DNA of 47,649 bases from a virus (taxonomy: Duplodnaviria > Caudoviricetes), in IMG/VR virus record IMGVR_UViG_3300012943_000041, positions 1-47,649 of that record. One strand, given 5' to 3'. The position numbers and the translations under genes were made by a program. Shown here piece after piece: positions 9,178 to 18,991 of this stretch; the stretch's first letter is position 1, and the number at the start of each line of letters is the position of its first letter. The notes under the pieces were generated by a model, which was not told the DNA's origin, made no database searches, and was given only the letters and a program-made list of their open reading frames with translations.

Positions 9178-11180
9178 CAGCCCGCCAGCTTGTTATATTG
9201 GTCGATCGTGCCGGGCGTGGCCTTCTGCCCGGCGACGAATGCGCCACTGCCCGCCCTCACCGCCTCGGCGCGCGCCGTGCGGTTCACATAGTCGATGAGT
9301 TCAGGCGTGGTGACCCCATAGCGGGCGTCCAGCACGAAGGTTTGATAAACCGCAGCACCACCGCCGCGCCCGGCCAGCGCCTTGTTGCCGACGCTCAGCG
9401 TCTCCCCGCGGGTGACGTTGGCGAGGGGGCGACCGTTGAGCGACAGGACGTTGGTGTCGGTGCCGCCGCGACCGCCGATGACGCCGGAGCCGCCGCCTGC
9501 AAAGCCGACATTGCTCTTGGCGACCGCGCTGCCGATCGTCGCGAGATCCTTGAAGATGTTGCCGCTGCCCTGCCCGTTCGCCTGCATCACCGCGAACTTG
9601 GCGGCGATCTCGGCAATGACGCGGATGCCGATGCGCTTGAAGCTATCCCAGATATTGCCGGTCCCGCCGAGCATCGCGTTTTCGAATAGACCCGCAAGCG
9701 TCTGGATTTGAGATTCCTGCCGGCGGAATGCTTCGTCGTCGATCTCGCGCCTCAGTTCGCGCTCAATTTCCGCCTTGCGTTCGACCTGGCGGATCGCCTC
9801 GTCATAGGCGCCGTTGTCGAGGTTCGGATCGGCGCTGTTCGCCGCCACGAGGACGTCGTTGGAAACCTCGATCGCGGTCTCGTTCATCCATTCCTCGAGG
9901 GTCTGGACCGTCTTGCCCTTGGGGGTTTTCAGCTTCTTGGACTTCTTGTCCTTGGTCGTAACAGACGATGGCTGCGCTGGCGGATTCAAAAGCCAATCCT
10001 GCCCGGTGCGCCCACTGTTCATGCCGATCGCAGTGTAGAAGTCGCGGCGGCGGTTCATATGCTCCTCGCCCGCCGCGCGCCCGACCGCTCGCGACTTGCT
10101 TAGGCGCTGCTCCTCCTGAAAATCCTTGTTGTCGCCCACGATATTGATCGCGGCGCCAATCGGGTTCGTCCAATTGAGCAAGGTTTGCAGCCGCGTGCCA
10201 AACTTCTGGGCGATGCCGTCGAGAATAGCGAACGCCTCTTGCCCCGCCGACAGGAACGGCCCGAACGTCGCGGCCAGCCCATCCATCACCGCACGCACGT
10301 CCTGCCCGAACGCCTCGGCCGACTTCGATAGGTCGGCGAACCCCTTGCCACCGTCAGTCACGAAGTTGGCGAGCATTTTCGAGAACTCGCCGCCGTGGTC
10401 GAACGCGCCAAAGGTGATCGTCGCTGCGTTGGTGACCTGCGTCATCGCGTCGTCGAACGTGACCGGGATTTGCCTGAACTCGGCATCGATCCCGGCGGTG
10501 AACTTGGTGTCGGTGAACGCCTGAACCAGCTTGTCCGAGGTAAGCTCTCCCTCTTCGGCCATTGCGCGAAGCTGACCGATCGGGATGCCCAGGCTGTCGG
10601 CAAGGAGTTTTGTCAGTCGCGGGCTGGACTCCATGACGCTGTTGAACTCGTCGCCGCGCAGCACGCCAGATTGCAGGGCCTGCACAAGCTGTCGGGTGCC
10701 TTGCGCCGCCTCCACCGCGCCGGCGCCGCTGATCTTGAACGTCTTGGCAACCGTCTCAGTCGCGCGCGCCGCCTCTGCCTGGGTGATGCCGAGGTCTTTG
10801 GCGTTGCGGAGGATGTTCCCGTAGAGCTTGGTCGTCTCTTCAAGGCCGCTGCGCGTAGATTGGGCTATGCGTTGCGCATCTTCCTGCGCTTTCGAGAACG
10901 ATCCGAACCCGGCCGTGGCAAGCCGAAGCTGGGAATCCATTTGCTTGGCGCTGTCCGCGATCGAGAGAAAGCCGCGCGCCATAGCCAGGAGTGACACGCC
11001 CGCAAACGCGCCGCCGATCGCCGCCATGCTCCGGCTGACGAACCGCTCGGTCGCCCCCGCGCTTTTCTGGATATTGCCCATGGCGCGATCAAACTTCGCA
11101 TCCGCGCGCGCGACATTGGCCTCGTAGCGGTCCAGCCGGGCCTCAAGCTCGACAATGACGCGATCGGCAACAACGGCCAT
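9177..11180 (-). CDS. Tape measure protein
   Basis: Tape-measure domain (QLVQALQSGVLRGDEFNSVME); C-terminal FAGGG. Confidence 0.9.
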   Translation of the reverse strand: MAVVADRVIVELEARLDRYEANVARADAKFDRAMGNIQKSAGATERFVSRSMAAIGGAFAGVSLLAMARGFLSIADSAKQMDSQLRLATAGFGSFSKAQEDAQRIAQSTRSGLEETTKLYGNILRNAKDLGITQAEAARATETVAKTFKISGAGAVEAAQGTRQLVQALQSGVLRGDEFNSVMESSPRLTKLLADSLGIPIGQLRAMAEEGELTSDKLVQAFTDTKFTAGIDAEFRQIPVTFDDAMTQVTNAATITFGAFDHGGEFSKMLANFVTDGGKGFADLSKSAEAFGQDVRAVMDGLAATFGPFLSAGQEAFAILDGIAQKFGTRLQTLLNWTNPIGAAINIVGDNKDFQEEQRLSKSRAVGRAAGEEHMNRRRDFYTAIGMNSGRTGQDWLLNPPAQPSSVTTKDKKSKKLKTPKGKTVQTLEEWMNETAIEVSNDVLVAANSADPNLDNGAYDEAIRQVERKAEIERELRREIDDEAFRRQESQIQTLAGLFENAMLGGTGNIWDSFKRIGIRVIAEIAAKFAVMQANGQGSGNIFKDLATIGSAVAKSNVGFAGGGSGVIGGRGGTDTNVLSLNGRPLANVTRGETLSVGNKALAGRGGGAAVYQTFVLDARYGVTTPELIDYVNRTARAEAVRAGSGAFVAGQKATPGTIDQYNKLAG

Positions 11181-11426
11181 CAGTGGATCCTCGCTATGCC
11201 GCGACGTTCCATGTCAAGCATCCCGGCCTCAACCTCGTCGATCGACGGCGGTGTTTCCCCGTCATCATCATTGGCGAGGCGGTGGTGGTGCAGGAGCGCG
11301 GTATATTCGGGCATGGTGAGCCGCTCCGCGTCGGCGAGGGTCAGTCCAAGGTTGAGGCAGTTGTGGAGGACGATGCCCCAGTCGATTTTCTCGGGCGCCT
11401 TGGCTTCACCGCCGGGCTTTTTTTTT
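11180..11426 (-). CDS. Tail assembly chaperone GT extension (-1 frame)
   Basis: The -1 frame after the A9 run is open (KPGGEAK...LTMPEY...ARIH) and ends in TGATG on the tape-measure start. Confidence 0.75.
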
Positions 11427-11775
11427 GAGCCTCATCCGTCGCTGGCGCGTAACCGACATAGAGCGCGATGATGATGGCGCGGGCGATGATGGACGTTTCG
11501 CCGAGCGGGCGGCCGTCGACATAATTGTCGATCAGGCTGTTGGCCTTGAGGTCGGAGACTGGAATCTCGATGCCGGAGACGAAGCCCTTACCGCCGCCGA
11601 TGAGGGCTTGGCGGATGACCTCGACGACATCCTGGATACCGAATCCGCCGCTCAGCAGGCGATGGCGAACGCCGTCGATGTAGCCGGCCTTGGCCTCGAT
11701 CTCGACGATGCGCTTGATGGGCAGCCTGCAGATGTATTCGCCGTCTGCGAAGGCCAGGGTGATCTCGGTCTGCAT
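11341..11775 (-). CDS. Tail assembly chaperone G (GTA-gp10-like)
   Basis: FADGEY...IRQALIGGG; upstream of tape measure; carries the slippery site. Confidence 0.8.
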   Translation of the reverse strand: MQTEITLAFADGEYICRLPIKRIVEIEAKAGYIDGVRHRLLSGGFGIQDVVEVIRQALIGGGKGFVSGIEIPVSDLKANSLIDNYVDGRPLGETSIIARAIIIALYVGYAPATDEAQKKSPAVKPRRPRKSTGASSSTTASTLD

Positions 11776-11808
11776 GGCCGCGACATTGTGCGCGGCGGTC
11801 TCAACGCT

Positions 11809-11820
11809 CTACGGACGCCA
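11809..11820 (-). promoter_or_regulatory. Late promoter motif, copy 2
   Basis: TGGCGTCCGTAG-N20-CAATGT-N7-ATG. Confidence 0.75.
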
Positions 11821-11825
11821 GCGGG

Positions 11826-12242
11826 TCACCAGCAGGTGGTGTGCGACTTCCGGCCGTCCTTGCTGATCTTCGTCTTGCAGTCGACGCGGGGTGAGGCGCG
11901 CATATAGCCGGCGGCAAGGATATCGAGGACGCTGATGCGCGGCGGCTTGGTTGTGGGGTCTATCCCGGCCAGCGCGGGCACCCAACGCCAGTTCACCTTG
12001 TCGTCGGCAGTGTTCTCGCGGATCGCCTTGACGATCCTGGCCTGGCGCTTCGCATCGGAGCCCGCAAAAGCGGACACCGCGAGCAGGCGCGCATCCCAAT
12101 TGAGATCGAAGCAATCCGGGTCGCGGTAGCAGACGGTCTCCATGTCGGCGCGGAACTTGTCGTCGCTGACATCGATGCCGTCGATCATGGGGATGGTGAC
12201 CGGCTCGGCCAGCATCAGCAGCGCGAAAGCGAGAACAGACAT
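11826..12242 (-). CDS. Secreted hypothetical protein (moron-like)
   Basis: Hydrophobic N-terminus, four Cys, GGGGG SD; lies between tube and chaperone genes. Confidence 0.6.
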   Translation of the reverse strand: MSVLAFALLMLAEPVTIPMIDGIDVSDDKFRADMETVCYRDPDCFDLNWDARLLAVSAFAGSDAKRQARIVKAIRENTADDKVNWRWVPALAGIDPTTKPPRISVLDILAAGYMRASPRVDCKTKISKDGRKSHTTCW

Positions 12243-12299
12243 TGCATGGCCCCCTATGCGGGACCGAGGATGCCAGAAATGCCGCGCACTGGGAACCGA

Positions 12300-12755
12300 T
12301 CAGGTGTTGGCGACGAATGCGATCGCGTCGGCGCCGGTGATCGTGAGCGAAATCTGCAGATATTGGCCGTTCTCGCCCGTGATCGAGAAGTCGGTGAGCA
12401 GGCCCGGCCCCTGATAATAGCCGTCGACGATGACCGATGCGGCCGCCTCGTCGAACACGAAGCGCCAGTTGCGCGGGTTCGGATCGACAAACACGGCCTG
12501 CAGGTCAGCCAGGCGGCTGCGTGCGAGCATACCGGAACCCGTGATGCTCCAATCGGTCGCGCCAGTGTCGCGGATCGTGATCGGCGTGCCGTCGGGGTTC
12601 GCGCAATCCCAATCGACGGTGTCGTTGGTCGCGCGGGTCTGTTGCAGGCCCTTCGACGTGATGCCGCAGATCGCGGTGAAAACTTCGGGGTCTGCGCCAT
12701 CGCCGAGCGCGATGAACACTCGCGTGCTCTTGAGCCTGTCGGTGGTGTACGCCAA
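12300..12755 (-). CDS. Major tail tube protein
   Basis: GDGADPEVFTAICG...WSITGSG; TTG start with GGGAGA SD. Confidence 0.85.
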   Translation of the reverse strand: MAYTTDRLKSTRVFIALGDGADPEVFTAICGITSKGLQQTRATNDTVDWDCANPDGTPITIRDTGATDWSITGSGMLARSRLADLQAVFVDPNPRNWRFVFDEAAASVIVDGYYQGPGLLTDFSITGENGQYLQISLTITGADAIAFVANT

Positions 12756-12809
12756 TTCCGGTCTCCCGCGTGGATTTGACCGGAGACTATGGGCGGGGGG
12801 TGGCGCGCT

Positions 12810-12821
12810 CTACGGACGCCA
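12810..12821 (-). promoter_or_regulatory. Late promoter motif, copy 3
   Basis: TGGCGTCCGTAG-N20-TAGTCT, then a leader with SD. Confidence 0.75.
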
Positions 12822-12823
12822 AC

Positions 12824-13258
12824 CTAGAGCGCCAGCGCGTCGATCGAGACGATGCCGTGATAGGCGTCCGCCTCCGCCGAATCCTCGATCACCTGGGCCT
12901 GCGTCGCCATGACGCTGAGCTTGGCGTCGTCGTCGAGCGCGATGGCCTCGATCGCGTCGATGATGCGGACGATATGGCTGTTGATGGTGCTGGCGAGCGC
13001 TTCGGGGTCGGGCACGGTGGCCGACAGCTTCACGAAGTTGTGGACGAAGCCGGTGGCGGCGCTGCCGGGCTGGCCATCGGTGCGGACCGGCGTGCTGGTC
13101 AGTGTGCCGACCCGGATGAAAGGGAAGCTCCGCGTCGCCGGAACCTTCGAAGGATAGACCCTCGCCGCCGGGACGATCGCGTTAAGCTGGGGATCGCCCT
13201 TCAGGGCCGCGATGATCTTGCCGCGGATCGACAGGCTCTGATCGAGGGGCGTTATCAT
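12824..13258 (-). CDS. Tail terminator (DUF3168-like)
   Basis: ARVYP...FPFIRVG...YHGIVSI; upstream of the tube gene. Confidence 0.75.
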   Translation of the reverse strand: MITPLDQSLSIRGKIIAALKGDPQLNAIVPAARVYPSKVPATRSFPFIRVGTLTSTPVRTDGQPGSAATGFVHNFVKLSATVPDPEALASTINSHIVRIIDAIEAIALDDDAKLSVMATQAQVIEDSAEADAYHGIVSIDALAL

Positions 13259-13524
13259 TGGTCGGCCCCATCCAGTGAACCGCGAACGACGGTCCCCACA
13301 TCGTGAGAAGCGTCATGTCGAGCCACAGTTCCACGTCGTCCGCTGAAGGGAAGTCCGCCATCGACATGGGGTTTAGCATGACGCGGCGATTCTGTCGCCT
13401 TCCCCGCCCCGATGGCCGCTTCGCCAACCACGCGACGCACCGTGCCCTCGTAGCCAGCGCGGTACATGGTGGCCGCCCGCGACGGCCACCGATGGTTATA
13501 ATCCGCGTGGAACTTGACGCGCAT
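13255..13524 (-). CDS. Hypothetical protein
   Basis: Coupled ORF in the structural operon. Confidence 0.55.
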   Translation of the reverse strand: MRVKFHADYNHRWPSRAATMYRAGYEGTVRRVVGEAAIGAGKATESPRHAKPHVDGGLPFSGRRGTVARHDASHDVGTVVRGSLDGADQ

Positions 13525-14033
13525 CAGGCGGCGGCGGTGCGGCCGATGATGATCACGTCATAGTCGACGACAGTGCCGCCGGCGCTGTTCGCGATCTTGA
13601 GGTCGTCGGTAGCCCCGGCGCCCACCGCCCAGCCCGACTGCGACGTCGCCAGGTAATATTCGCCGGGCTTGATCGTGTACGTCCCGAGCGCACCGAGTGG
13701 GCCGGCAAAGGGCTGCGTGGCCGCGCCGACGATGAGACTGTTCGTGTTGGTCGCGTGGGCCTTGATGAAGATGGCGACGACCTCGGCCGCGGTGATGGTC
13801 GCGCCGAATGCGTCGGTCAGCACGCCGGCCAGGTCCAGATCCTCGGTCGCCGATGCCGCAAGCTGGCGCGTGTCGCTGAACAGGATGTTTGCCTTGCCGA
13901 CAGTATCGGTGCCGGACGAGAATTGCAGGATTTCGGAGATGGGATCGATCGTCATGCGCGGGCTGCCTAAATCGGCGGTGCCGACCTGCTGAGCGGTGAT
14001 GCGAAGGTCAATCTGAGCGTTCACGCCTGCCAT
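13524..14033 (-). CDS. Hypothetical virion protein
   Basis: AGGAG SD, own promoter motif, beta-rich composition. Confidence 0.65.
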   Translation of the reverse strand: MAGVNAQIDLRITAQQVGTADLGSPRMTIDPISEILQFSSGTDTVGKANILFSDTRQLAASATEDLDLAGVLTDAFGATITAAEVVAIFIKAHATNTNSLIVGAATQPFAGPLGALGTYTIKPGEYYLATSQSGWAVGAGATDDLKIANSAGGTVVDYDVIIIGRTAAA

Positions 14034-14083
14034 GTCGGGTCTCCTGAATTTGCGGGCAACATGGCGGAGCGGCCTCGCGGCTT

Positions 14084-14095
14084 ATACGGACGCTG
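14084..14095 (-). promoter_or_regulatory. Late promoter motif, copy 4 (variant CAGCGTCCGTAT)
   Basis: N20 to CATGTT, then a leader with AGGAG. Confidence 0.7.
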
Positions 14096-14530
14096 CTAGA
14101 GCGTCCCGCCGCGCACAACGCGGGTCACCGCGGCTGCGACGAGAGCTTGCGCCTTGGGGCGGGTTCTGGCGGCTGCAGGGCGCATATATGGGCGCTCCGC
14201 CATCTTCGATGTGCCGAACTCCAGCGGGACGGCGTGCGGCGCCTCGGAACGCACCTCGGCAGACAGCGGGCCGGTCTTCGCCGTTACGATACCTTTGATG
14301 AGATCGCCAAATTCGTTGTTGGGAGCCTCTCCGGGGCGCGATGGGGTGTGAGCGTGCTTGCTGCCCCGAACTTGGCCGGACGATGATCCTGCGGTGATGC
14401 TGTTTTCAGCCTCGCCTTCGATGAGGTCCGCCGCAACCTTGATGGCCTTGCCGACCTCCCGCGTCATCGCGGCGCCGCGGAGGCGCTTGAGGCGGGCGCT
14501 GTGGGCTTTTGCGCCGGTTATGCGGACCAT
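14096..14530 (-). CDS. HK97 gp10-like neck/tail completion protein
   Basis: LEFGTSKMAERPYMRPA motif. Confidence 0.85.
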   Translation of the reverse strand: MVRITGAKAHSARLKRLRGAAMTREVGKAIKVAADLIEGEAENSITAGSSSGQVRGSKHAHTPSRPGEAPNNEFGDLIKGIVTAKTGPLSAEVRSEAPHAVPLEFGTSKMAERPYMRPAAARTRPKAQALVAAAVTRVVRGGTL

Positions 14531-14892
14531 CAGGCCACCCGCCCCCGCAGCACCCAATGGCTGGCCGCCGCATCTCGCTCGGGCTGTGAAATCATATACC
14601 GCACACCCTTCACCGTGATCTGGAAATCGGCGGTGATATCCACCCCCAGCCTGGCCGAAAGCACGATGATCCTTACATCGCCGTCAACGAACCCCTCGGA
14701 CTGGCGCATCGTCCACGTCGCCGCATCGACTTGAGCCCTGCACGCGATGTCCGCGCCGCCGGCATAGCCGATGATGTTGCCTTCGCCGTCATAGATCGGG
14801 TCGGCGCCGTCGCGATGGAGTGTCGCGGGGAGGTAGAAACCGCCGAATGCCGCGCCGAATACGGCTTCTATGCCGCCATCCAACAAGCCCAC
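14530..14892 (-). CDS. Head closure protein
   Basis: Position and size; DAAASHWVLRGR. Confidence 0.6.
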   Translation of the reverse strand: MGLLDGGIEAVFGAAFGGFYLPATLHRDGADPIYDGEGNIIGYAGGADIACRAQVDAATWTMRQSEGFVDGDVRIIVLSARLGVDITADFQITVKGVRYMISQPERDAAASHWVLRGRVA

Positions 14893-14893
14893 G

Positions 14894-15325
14894 TCACCAC
14901 CCCCGACGCGAGAGACCGCACGGTGGCAGCGAGCCCGTTCCGGTCACCAGCGGCCCACTCAGGCAAACCCGGATCATCGGGTAAAGCTGCCGGCCATATT
15001 GCGTCTGCCCGTAGATCGACGACCCATTGATCGAGGAGGAATCGGCGCGCTCCAATTCCAGCGTGCCGGATTTGATCTTCTTGAACCCGCCCATGCCTTG
15101 CGCTTCGGCCACCGATTCCGCGCCCGCGCCGATCCCCGCCTTCACCAGCAGGTCAGCCGTCGCCAGCATCGTCGCAAGCTGCATCTGGGCGCCGAGGCAA
15201 TCTTCGTGCGGGACGGTGAGAAGCTCGGCCTGCGACGCCCAGAAGTCGTATTGCGCGTCTGTCACCGCCGCGAAGGCGGGATAGAGCGCGATGAAGTCGG
15301 CAAGGGGGACGCGGGTGTAGGGCAT
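14894..15325 (-). CDS. Head-tail adaptor (DUF4054-like)
   Basis: FIALYPAF...TQYGRQL motifs. Confidence 0.75.
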   Translation of the reverse strand: MPYTRVPLADFIALYPAFAAVTDAQYDFWASQAELLTVPHEDCLGAQMQLATMLATADLLVKAGIGAGAESVAEAQGMGGFKKIKSGTLELERADSSSINGSSIYGQTQYGRQLYPMIRVCLSGPLVTGTGSLPPCGLSRRGW

Positions 15326-15326
15326 G

Positions 15327-15581
15327 TCAGGAGATCAGCCAGCACGTCCCGGCCGCAACCGCGGTGATCTTCGCCGGCACGAATTCAAGCAGCCCGGCCG
15401 AAACCGGGTAGCCCGTGCGCTCGGTGCCGGCGGCGTTCTTGAAGCTGATCGTGGTGGCTTCGGAGAACTTGATCGCCTTCACATTGATCGGAAGGGCCGT
15501 GTCCGAAGGGGTGTGCACGGCGGCATCGGTGCCCAACACCATCGGGTCGTTAGCGCGCTCGGTGGTGAACTTGTCGGGCAT
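15327..15581 (-). CDS. Head spike base-like protein (RcGTA Rcc01079-like)
   Basis: TPSDTALP...KAI...PVSAG...PAKIT pattern; 84 aa. Confidence 0.5.
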   Translation of the reverse strand: MPDKFTTERANDPMVLGTDAAVHTPSDTALPINVKAIKFSEATTISFKNAAGTERTGYPVSAGLLEFVPAKITAVAAGTCWLIS

Positions 15582-15582
15582 G

Positions 15583-16107
15583 TCAGGCCCCCGCGCGCTT
15601 GGCTTTGATCGCGGCCATGATCGCGGCGTAGGCGGTCCCCTCGTCGATCGTCACGCCCTCGTCGGCGGCGATCTTCAGGAGTTCCTCCTTTTTCTTGCCG
15701 AACAGCGCCGGCAGATCCTGCTTTTCGGAGTCGCCTGGATTGCCGTCGCCATCGCGATCGAATGCCGCCAGCTTGCCCTTGAGCTCGACGATGAGGTCAC
15801 GCGCCTCGTCGAGATCGGCCTCCGCCTTCACGCGGAGATCGTGCTCCAACGCAAACGCGGTATCGAAATCGGCCCGGAGCGCCGCCAGCGCGTCGTCATT
15901 CGCAACCTGGGCCGTCTCGTCGACCGGCTGGCGATGCTCATTGGCCGCGATGTCATCATCGAACAGGAACCAATCGGAATCCCCCTCCTGCTCGCCCGCG
16001 GCCAGATCGAGGTCGTCGGCAACCTGCCCCGCGCCCAGCATGGCAAGCAGGCCGCTAGCAAGGCGGATACCGCGCGGGCCATTCGAGATGTTCATCACCT
16101 TGGTCAT
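15583..16107 (-). CDS. Hypothetical protein after major capsid
   Basis: AGGAG SD before MTKVMNISNGPRG; C-terminal HeH-like helices. Confidence 0.65.
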   Translation of the reverse strand: MTKVMNISNGPRGIRLASGLLAMLGAGQVADDLDLAAGEQEGDSDWFLFDDDIAANEHRQPVDETAQVANDDALAALRADFDTAFALEHDLRVKAEADLDEARDLIVELKGKLAAFDRDGDGNPGDSEKQDLPALFGKKKEELLKIAADEGVTIDEGTAYAAIMAAIKAKRAGA

Positions 16108-16119
16108 TGTCGTCTCCTG

Positions 16120-16154
16120 AAAAAGAAAGGGCGGCCCACTGATGCAGGCCGCCC
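16120..16154 (-). terminator. Rho-independent terminator after major capsid gene
   Basis: GGGCGGCC-loop-GGCCGCCC followed by TTTCTTTTT. Confidence 0.8.
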
Positions 16155-16178
16155 CTCGCTTCTCCGCGTGATGGCGGC

Positions 16179-17276
16179 TTAGAAGCTGTCCCGGTACACG
16201 ATCGCCTTGGGCAGCCGGACCTCGGTCCCGCCGACGTTCATGATCCCGCCTACCTCGTAGGTCATCGACGATTTCTGGAACGGCGGCAGGAACTGATGCG
16301 CACCCGGCAGGTGGAATTTCAGCACCTGCGGGTTCTTCTCGTAGGCGATCATACGGGTGGACTGGCCAGTGCCCGCCGTTTCGAGCGCGCGGCTCTTGCT
16401 GATCGTCAGACCCTCGCCCGCCACGTTGTTGGCGAGGAGGAAAGCGAGGATCGTCGTGCCGGTATCGGTGAGGCGGGTCGTCGCGATGTAGTTGTAGCGT
16501 GACGTCGGCAGAACCAGCGCGTTCGCAACGCTCGTCTCGGCGGTGCCGGTCTCGACCGCGGTCAGGGCCTCGTTGATGTCGAGGAGAATCTGATCCGGGG
16601 TCTTGGCGGTCCACAGGCGCGACGGGCCGGTGCCGGTGTTGGCAACCTGCGCCGACGGCGCCGACGCGTTGTTGACGAAGCCGGTCCAGCCTTTTTCGGC
16701 GACACCCGCCGGGGTCTGGCCGTTCATGGCGATGCCGTAGATGAAGCGATCGGCGGCCTGCTTGGCCGCCATCGCCTTATCGCTCGACAGCGACCGGCCG
16801 AGCTTGGCGGCGCGCTGCATCTCCTGCGTGTTCCACTCGTAGCCGATGCCGGCCAGGTGGAAGTTGCGGGTGAACTGCGTCATCTTGTTCGACGCGTAGG
16901 GCATGTCGAAGGCGCCGCCGGCAAGGAACTCGGCCTGGCCAACATTGTCCATCGAATAGACCAGCGTGCCGACGTCCCACATATCACCCGACGAATCGAC
17001 GGGCATGAAGCGGGTGATGTCGAAGCTCGGATACCGGGTCATGTAGACCTCGGTTTCGATGCGGTAGAGCTGCGGCGTCAGGAAGGCATAGCCCACCTGC
17101 GCGTCGTTGAGGAACGCGTCGACCTTGTCCTCGAAGGTCTTGGCGGTGCGGGCGTTGTCGGCAGCCCAGAGACGGATCACCGCCGCCTGGATGTCGGCAT
17201 CGGCCGCAAGGAAGGCGATCGGGTCGGTGATCCGGCCCGCCGCCGCGTCGAAGAAATTGTGCGTCAGCTTGGTCAT
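16179..17276 (-). CDS. Major capsid protein (DUF2184-like)
   Basis: GYEWNTQEMQRA...; GGTEVRLPKAIVYRD C-terminus. Confidence 0.9.
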   Translation of the reverse strand: MTKLTHNFFDAAAGRITDPIAFLAADADIQAAVIRLWAADNARTAKTFEDKVDAFLNDAQVGYAFLTPQLYRIETEVYMTRYPSFDITRFMPVDSSGDMWDVGTLVYSMDNVGQAEFLAGGAFDMPYASNKMTQFTRNFHLAGIGYEWNTQEMQRAAKLGRSLSSDKAMAAKQAADRFIYGIAMNGQTPAGVAEKGWTGFVNNASAPSAQVANTGTGPSRLWTAKTPDQILLDINEALTAVETGTAETSVANALVLPTSRYNYIATTRLTDTGTTILAFLLANNVAGEGLTISKSRALETAGTGQSTRMIAYEKNPQVLKFHLPGAHQFLPPFQKSSMTYEVGGIMNVGGTEVRLPKAIVYRDSF

Positions 17277-17287
17277 CTCACTCCCCC

Positions 17288-17746
17288 TTAGCGCTTGACG
17301 ATCTTGACGAGCGTGTCAGCGCCGCCAGTGGTGTCGAAAATCCAGTCCGCCGCCGCGATGTTGTCGGTCGAGGTGTCGGTCCATTCGCCGGTCGCCGCAT
17401 CGACATAGACAGGGGCGCCGTCCGTCACCGCGTCACCGCACAGAACCCACATGGCCCCCTGCGTCATGATCGCGACGTTTTCATACTGCGGGTAGATGTC
17501 CGCAGTCTGACCGGCGATCAACGCGACGGCCGAGGTTGCGATGACCGGGCCGAGGAATGTCGCAGCGGTGCCGACCGTATCGGTGCATCCGTGATCGCCC
17601 GAGCCGCGAAAGGCGGCGGTGCCGAACGCGATGCCCCCCGCATCTTCGCAGGTGCGGGTGATGCGGTTGGACGTTTCGCCATTGGCGACCATGCCGGGAT
17701 AACCGGCCGCAATCGTGTCGGAATAGGCGGTCTGAAGCTCAGCCAT
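17288..17746 (-). CDS. Head decoration/cement protein
   Basis: Between DUF2213 and capsid genes; IAFGTA, MTQGAMWV motifs. Confidence 0.7.
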   Translation of the reverse strand: MAELQTAYSDTIAAGYPGMVANGETSNRITRTCEDAGGIAFGTAAFRGSGDHGCTDTVGTAATFLGPVIATSAVALIAGQTADIYPQYENVAIMTQGAMWVLCGDAVTDGAPVYVDAATGEWTDTSTDNIAAADWIFDTTGGADTLVKIVKR

Positions 17747-17758
17747 GTCTCATTCCCC

Positions 17759-18889
17759 TCAGTACTGCGCGGCGCGCGCGAGGTCGCGGACGCTGGCGTT
17801 GTCGGTGACGATCTTGAGACCGCCATCGTTGATGGCCTGGCGGAGCGGATCGGCGGGCGCGGCGTCCTTGGTCAGCACCGCGAACGAGGCTGCGATCTGG
17901 TCCGCCGCCCAGCCCTTGGCCGCATCGCCCATCTTGGCGTCGACCACCGCTTTCATGATGGCATCGCTACCGGCGCCATCGGCGAACTGGACACCCAGCG
18001 CCTTCGCCTTGTCGCAAACCTGCGAATAGGCCTTGGCGGCGTCCTGCAGCTTGGCCGGGGTCAGCGCCGCATCCGCCACCTTCTGGTTGAGGGTGGTGAT
18101 TTCGGCATCCTTTGCCGCGATCGTGGTGGCCTGTTCCGCCACCTTGGTTTCCGCCGCAGTCGCGCGGGTGCCGGCATCGGCCAGCTTCACATTCAACGCG
18201 TCGACTGCAACCCGAACGGCTTCACCGTTGGTCGAGTCGACTTCGGCGTCGCCGATTCGGATTTTCATCACTGTCTCCTTGGTGGTGATTGCCGCCAGGA
18301 TGGCGGGGTTCGCATCGCAAACGGCGATGGAATCTCGGATGGCGCACTCGGAACCGGCGCGGCCCTTGTCGACCAGCGCCACATGGTTGCCGTCGATCAT
18401 GGTCTGGCGGGCGACGAAGGGGTGGCCGCTGTCGTTCACGCCATCGACGACGACGAGTTCGGTCTGGTAGCCGCCGCTCAACTCGCGCTTGCCGGCGCGG
18501 TAATCGCTGATCGTGGCGGCGTCCGTGATGAGGCCGGACATGCGAGCATATTCGCCGTCGCGGAGCACTTCGCCGATCGCGCCCTTGGCGAGACTGCCCC
18601 AATTGTCGACGTTCACGCCGGCGCTGGGATGATCGTTCGTAATAGGCTTGGCGATGAAACTGCCCATCGCGCGCGGGGCGAACACCTCGGCGGCGTCGCG
18701 CTGGACCGGGTAAAGGGCGTGGGGATCGAAGCGGCGACTGCCGGCGGCGTCCTTGTGGATGCCGTTCGGGTCGATCTGCGCGCCGAGATAATGCTGGATG
18801 CCGGTGCGGGCGAAGCGGGCCGAGAACCCGAGGAAACCGTCATTGGTCTCCCAGGTCCGATCTACGGTGAGGGCATCTTGCACGAACAT
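17759..18889 (-). CDS. DUF2213 prohead protease/scaffold
   Basis: ARTGIQHY, ITNDHP, ELSGGY, NHVALVDKGRAG motifs. Confidence 0.85.
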   Translation of the reverse strand: MFVQDALTVDRTWETNDGFLGFSARFARTGIQHYLGAQIDPNGIHKDAAGSRRFDPHALYPVQRDAAEVFAPRAMGSFIAKPITNDHPSAGVNVDNWGSLAKGAIGEVLRDGEYARMSGLITDAATISDYRAGKRELSGGYQTELVVVDGVNDSGHPFVARQTMIDGNHVALVDKGRAGSECAIRDSIAVCDANPAILAAITTKETVMKIRIGDAEVDSTNGEAVRVAVDALNVKLADAGTRATAAETKVAEQATTIAAKDAEITTLNQKVADAALTPAKLQDAAKAYSQVCDKAKALGVQFADGAGSDAIMKAVVDAKMGDAAKGWAADQIAASFAVLTKDAAPADPLRQAINDGGLKIVTDNASVRDLARAAQY

Positions 18890-18923
18890 GGGGCATTGTG
18901 TGCCCCGATGCGCGCGCTACGCT

Positions 18924-18935
18924 CTACGGACGCCA
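18924..18935 (-). promoter_or_regulatory. Late promoter motif, copy 5
   Basis: TGGCGTCCGTAG; ATG 34 nt downstream; no SD. Confidence 0.75.
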
Positions 18936-18991
18936 GCTATCAGCCGAATTTGGTAAGGCTTCACCAATCTGTCAGATATTCGATTGCATCG

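Noticed and set aside
18945-18985. Hammerhead ribozyme (CTGACAGA followed by a stem)
   Set aside because: Core is not CUGANGA and no GAAA follows the stem
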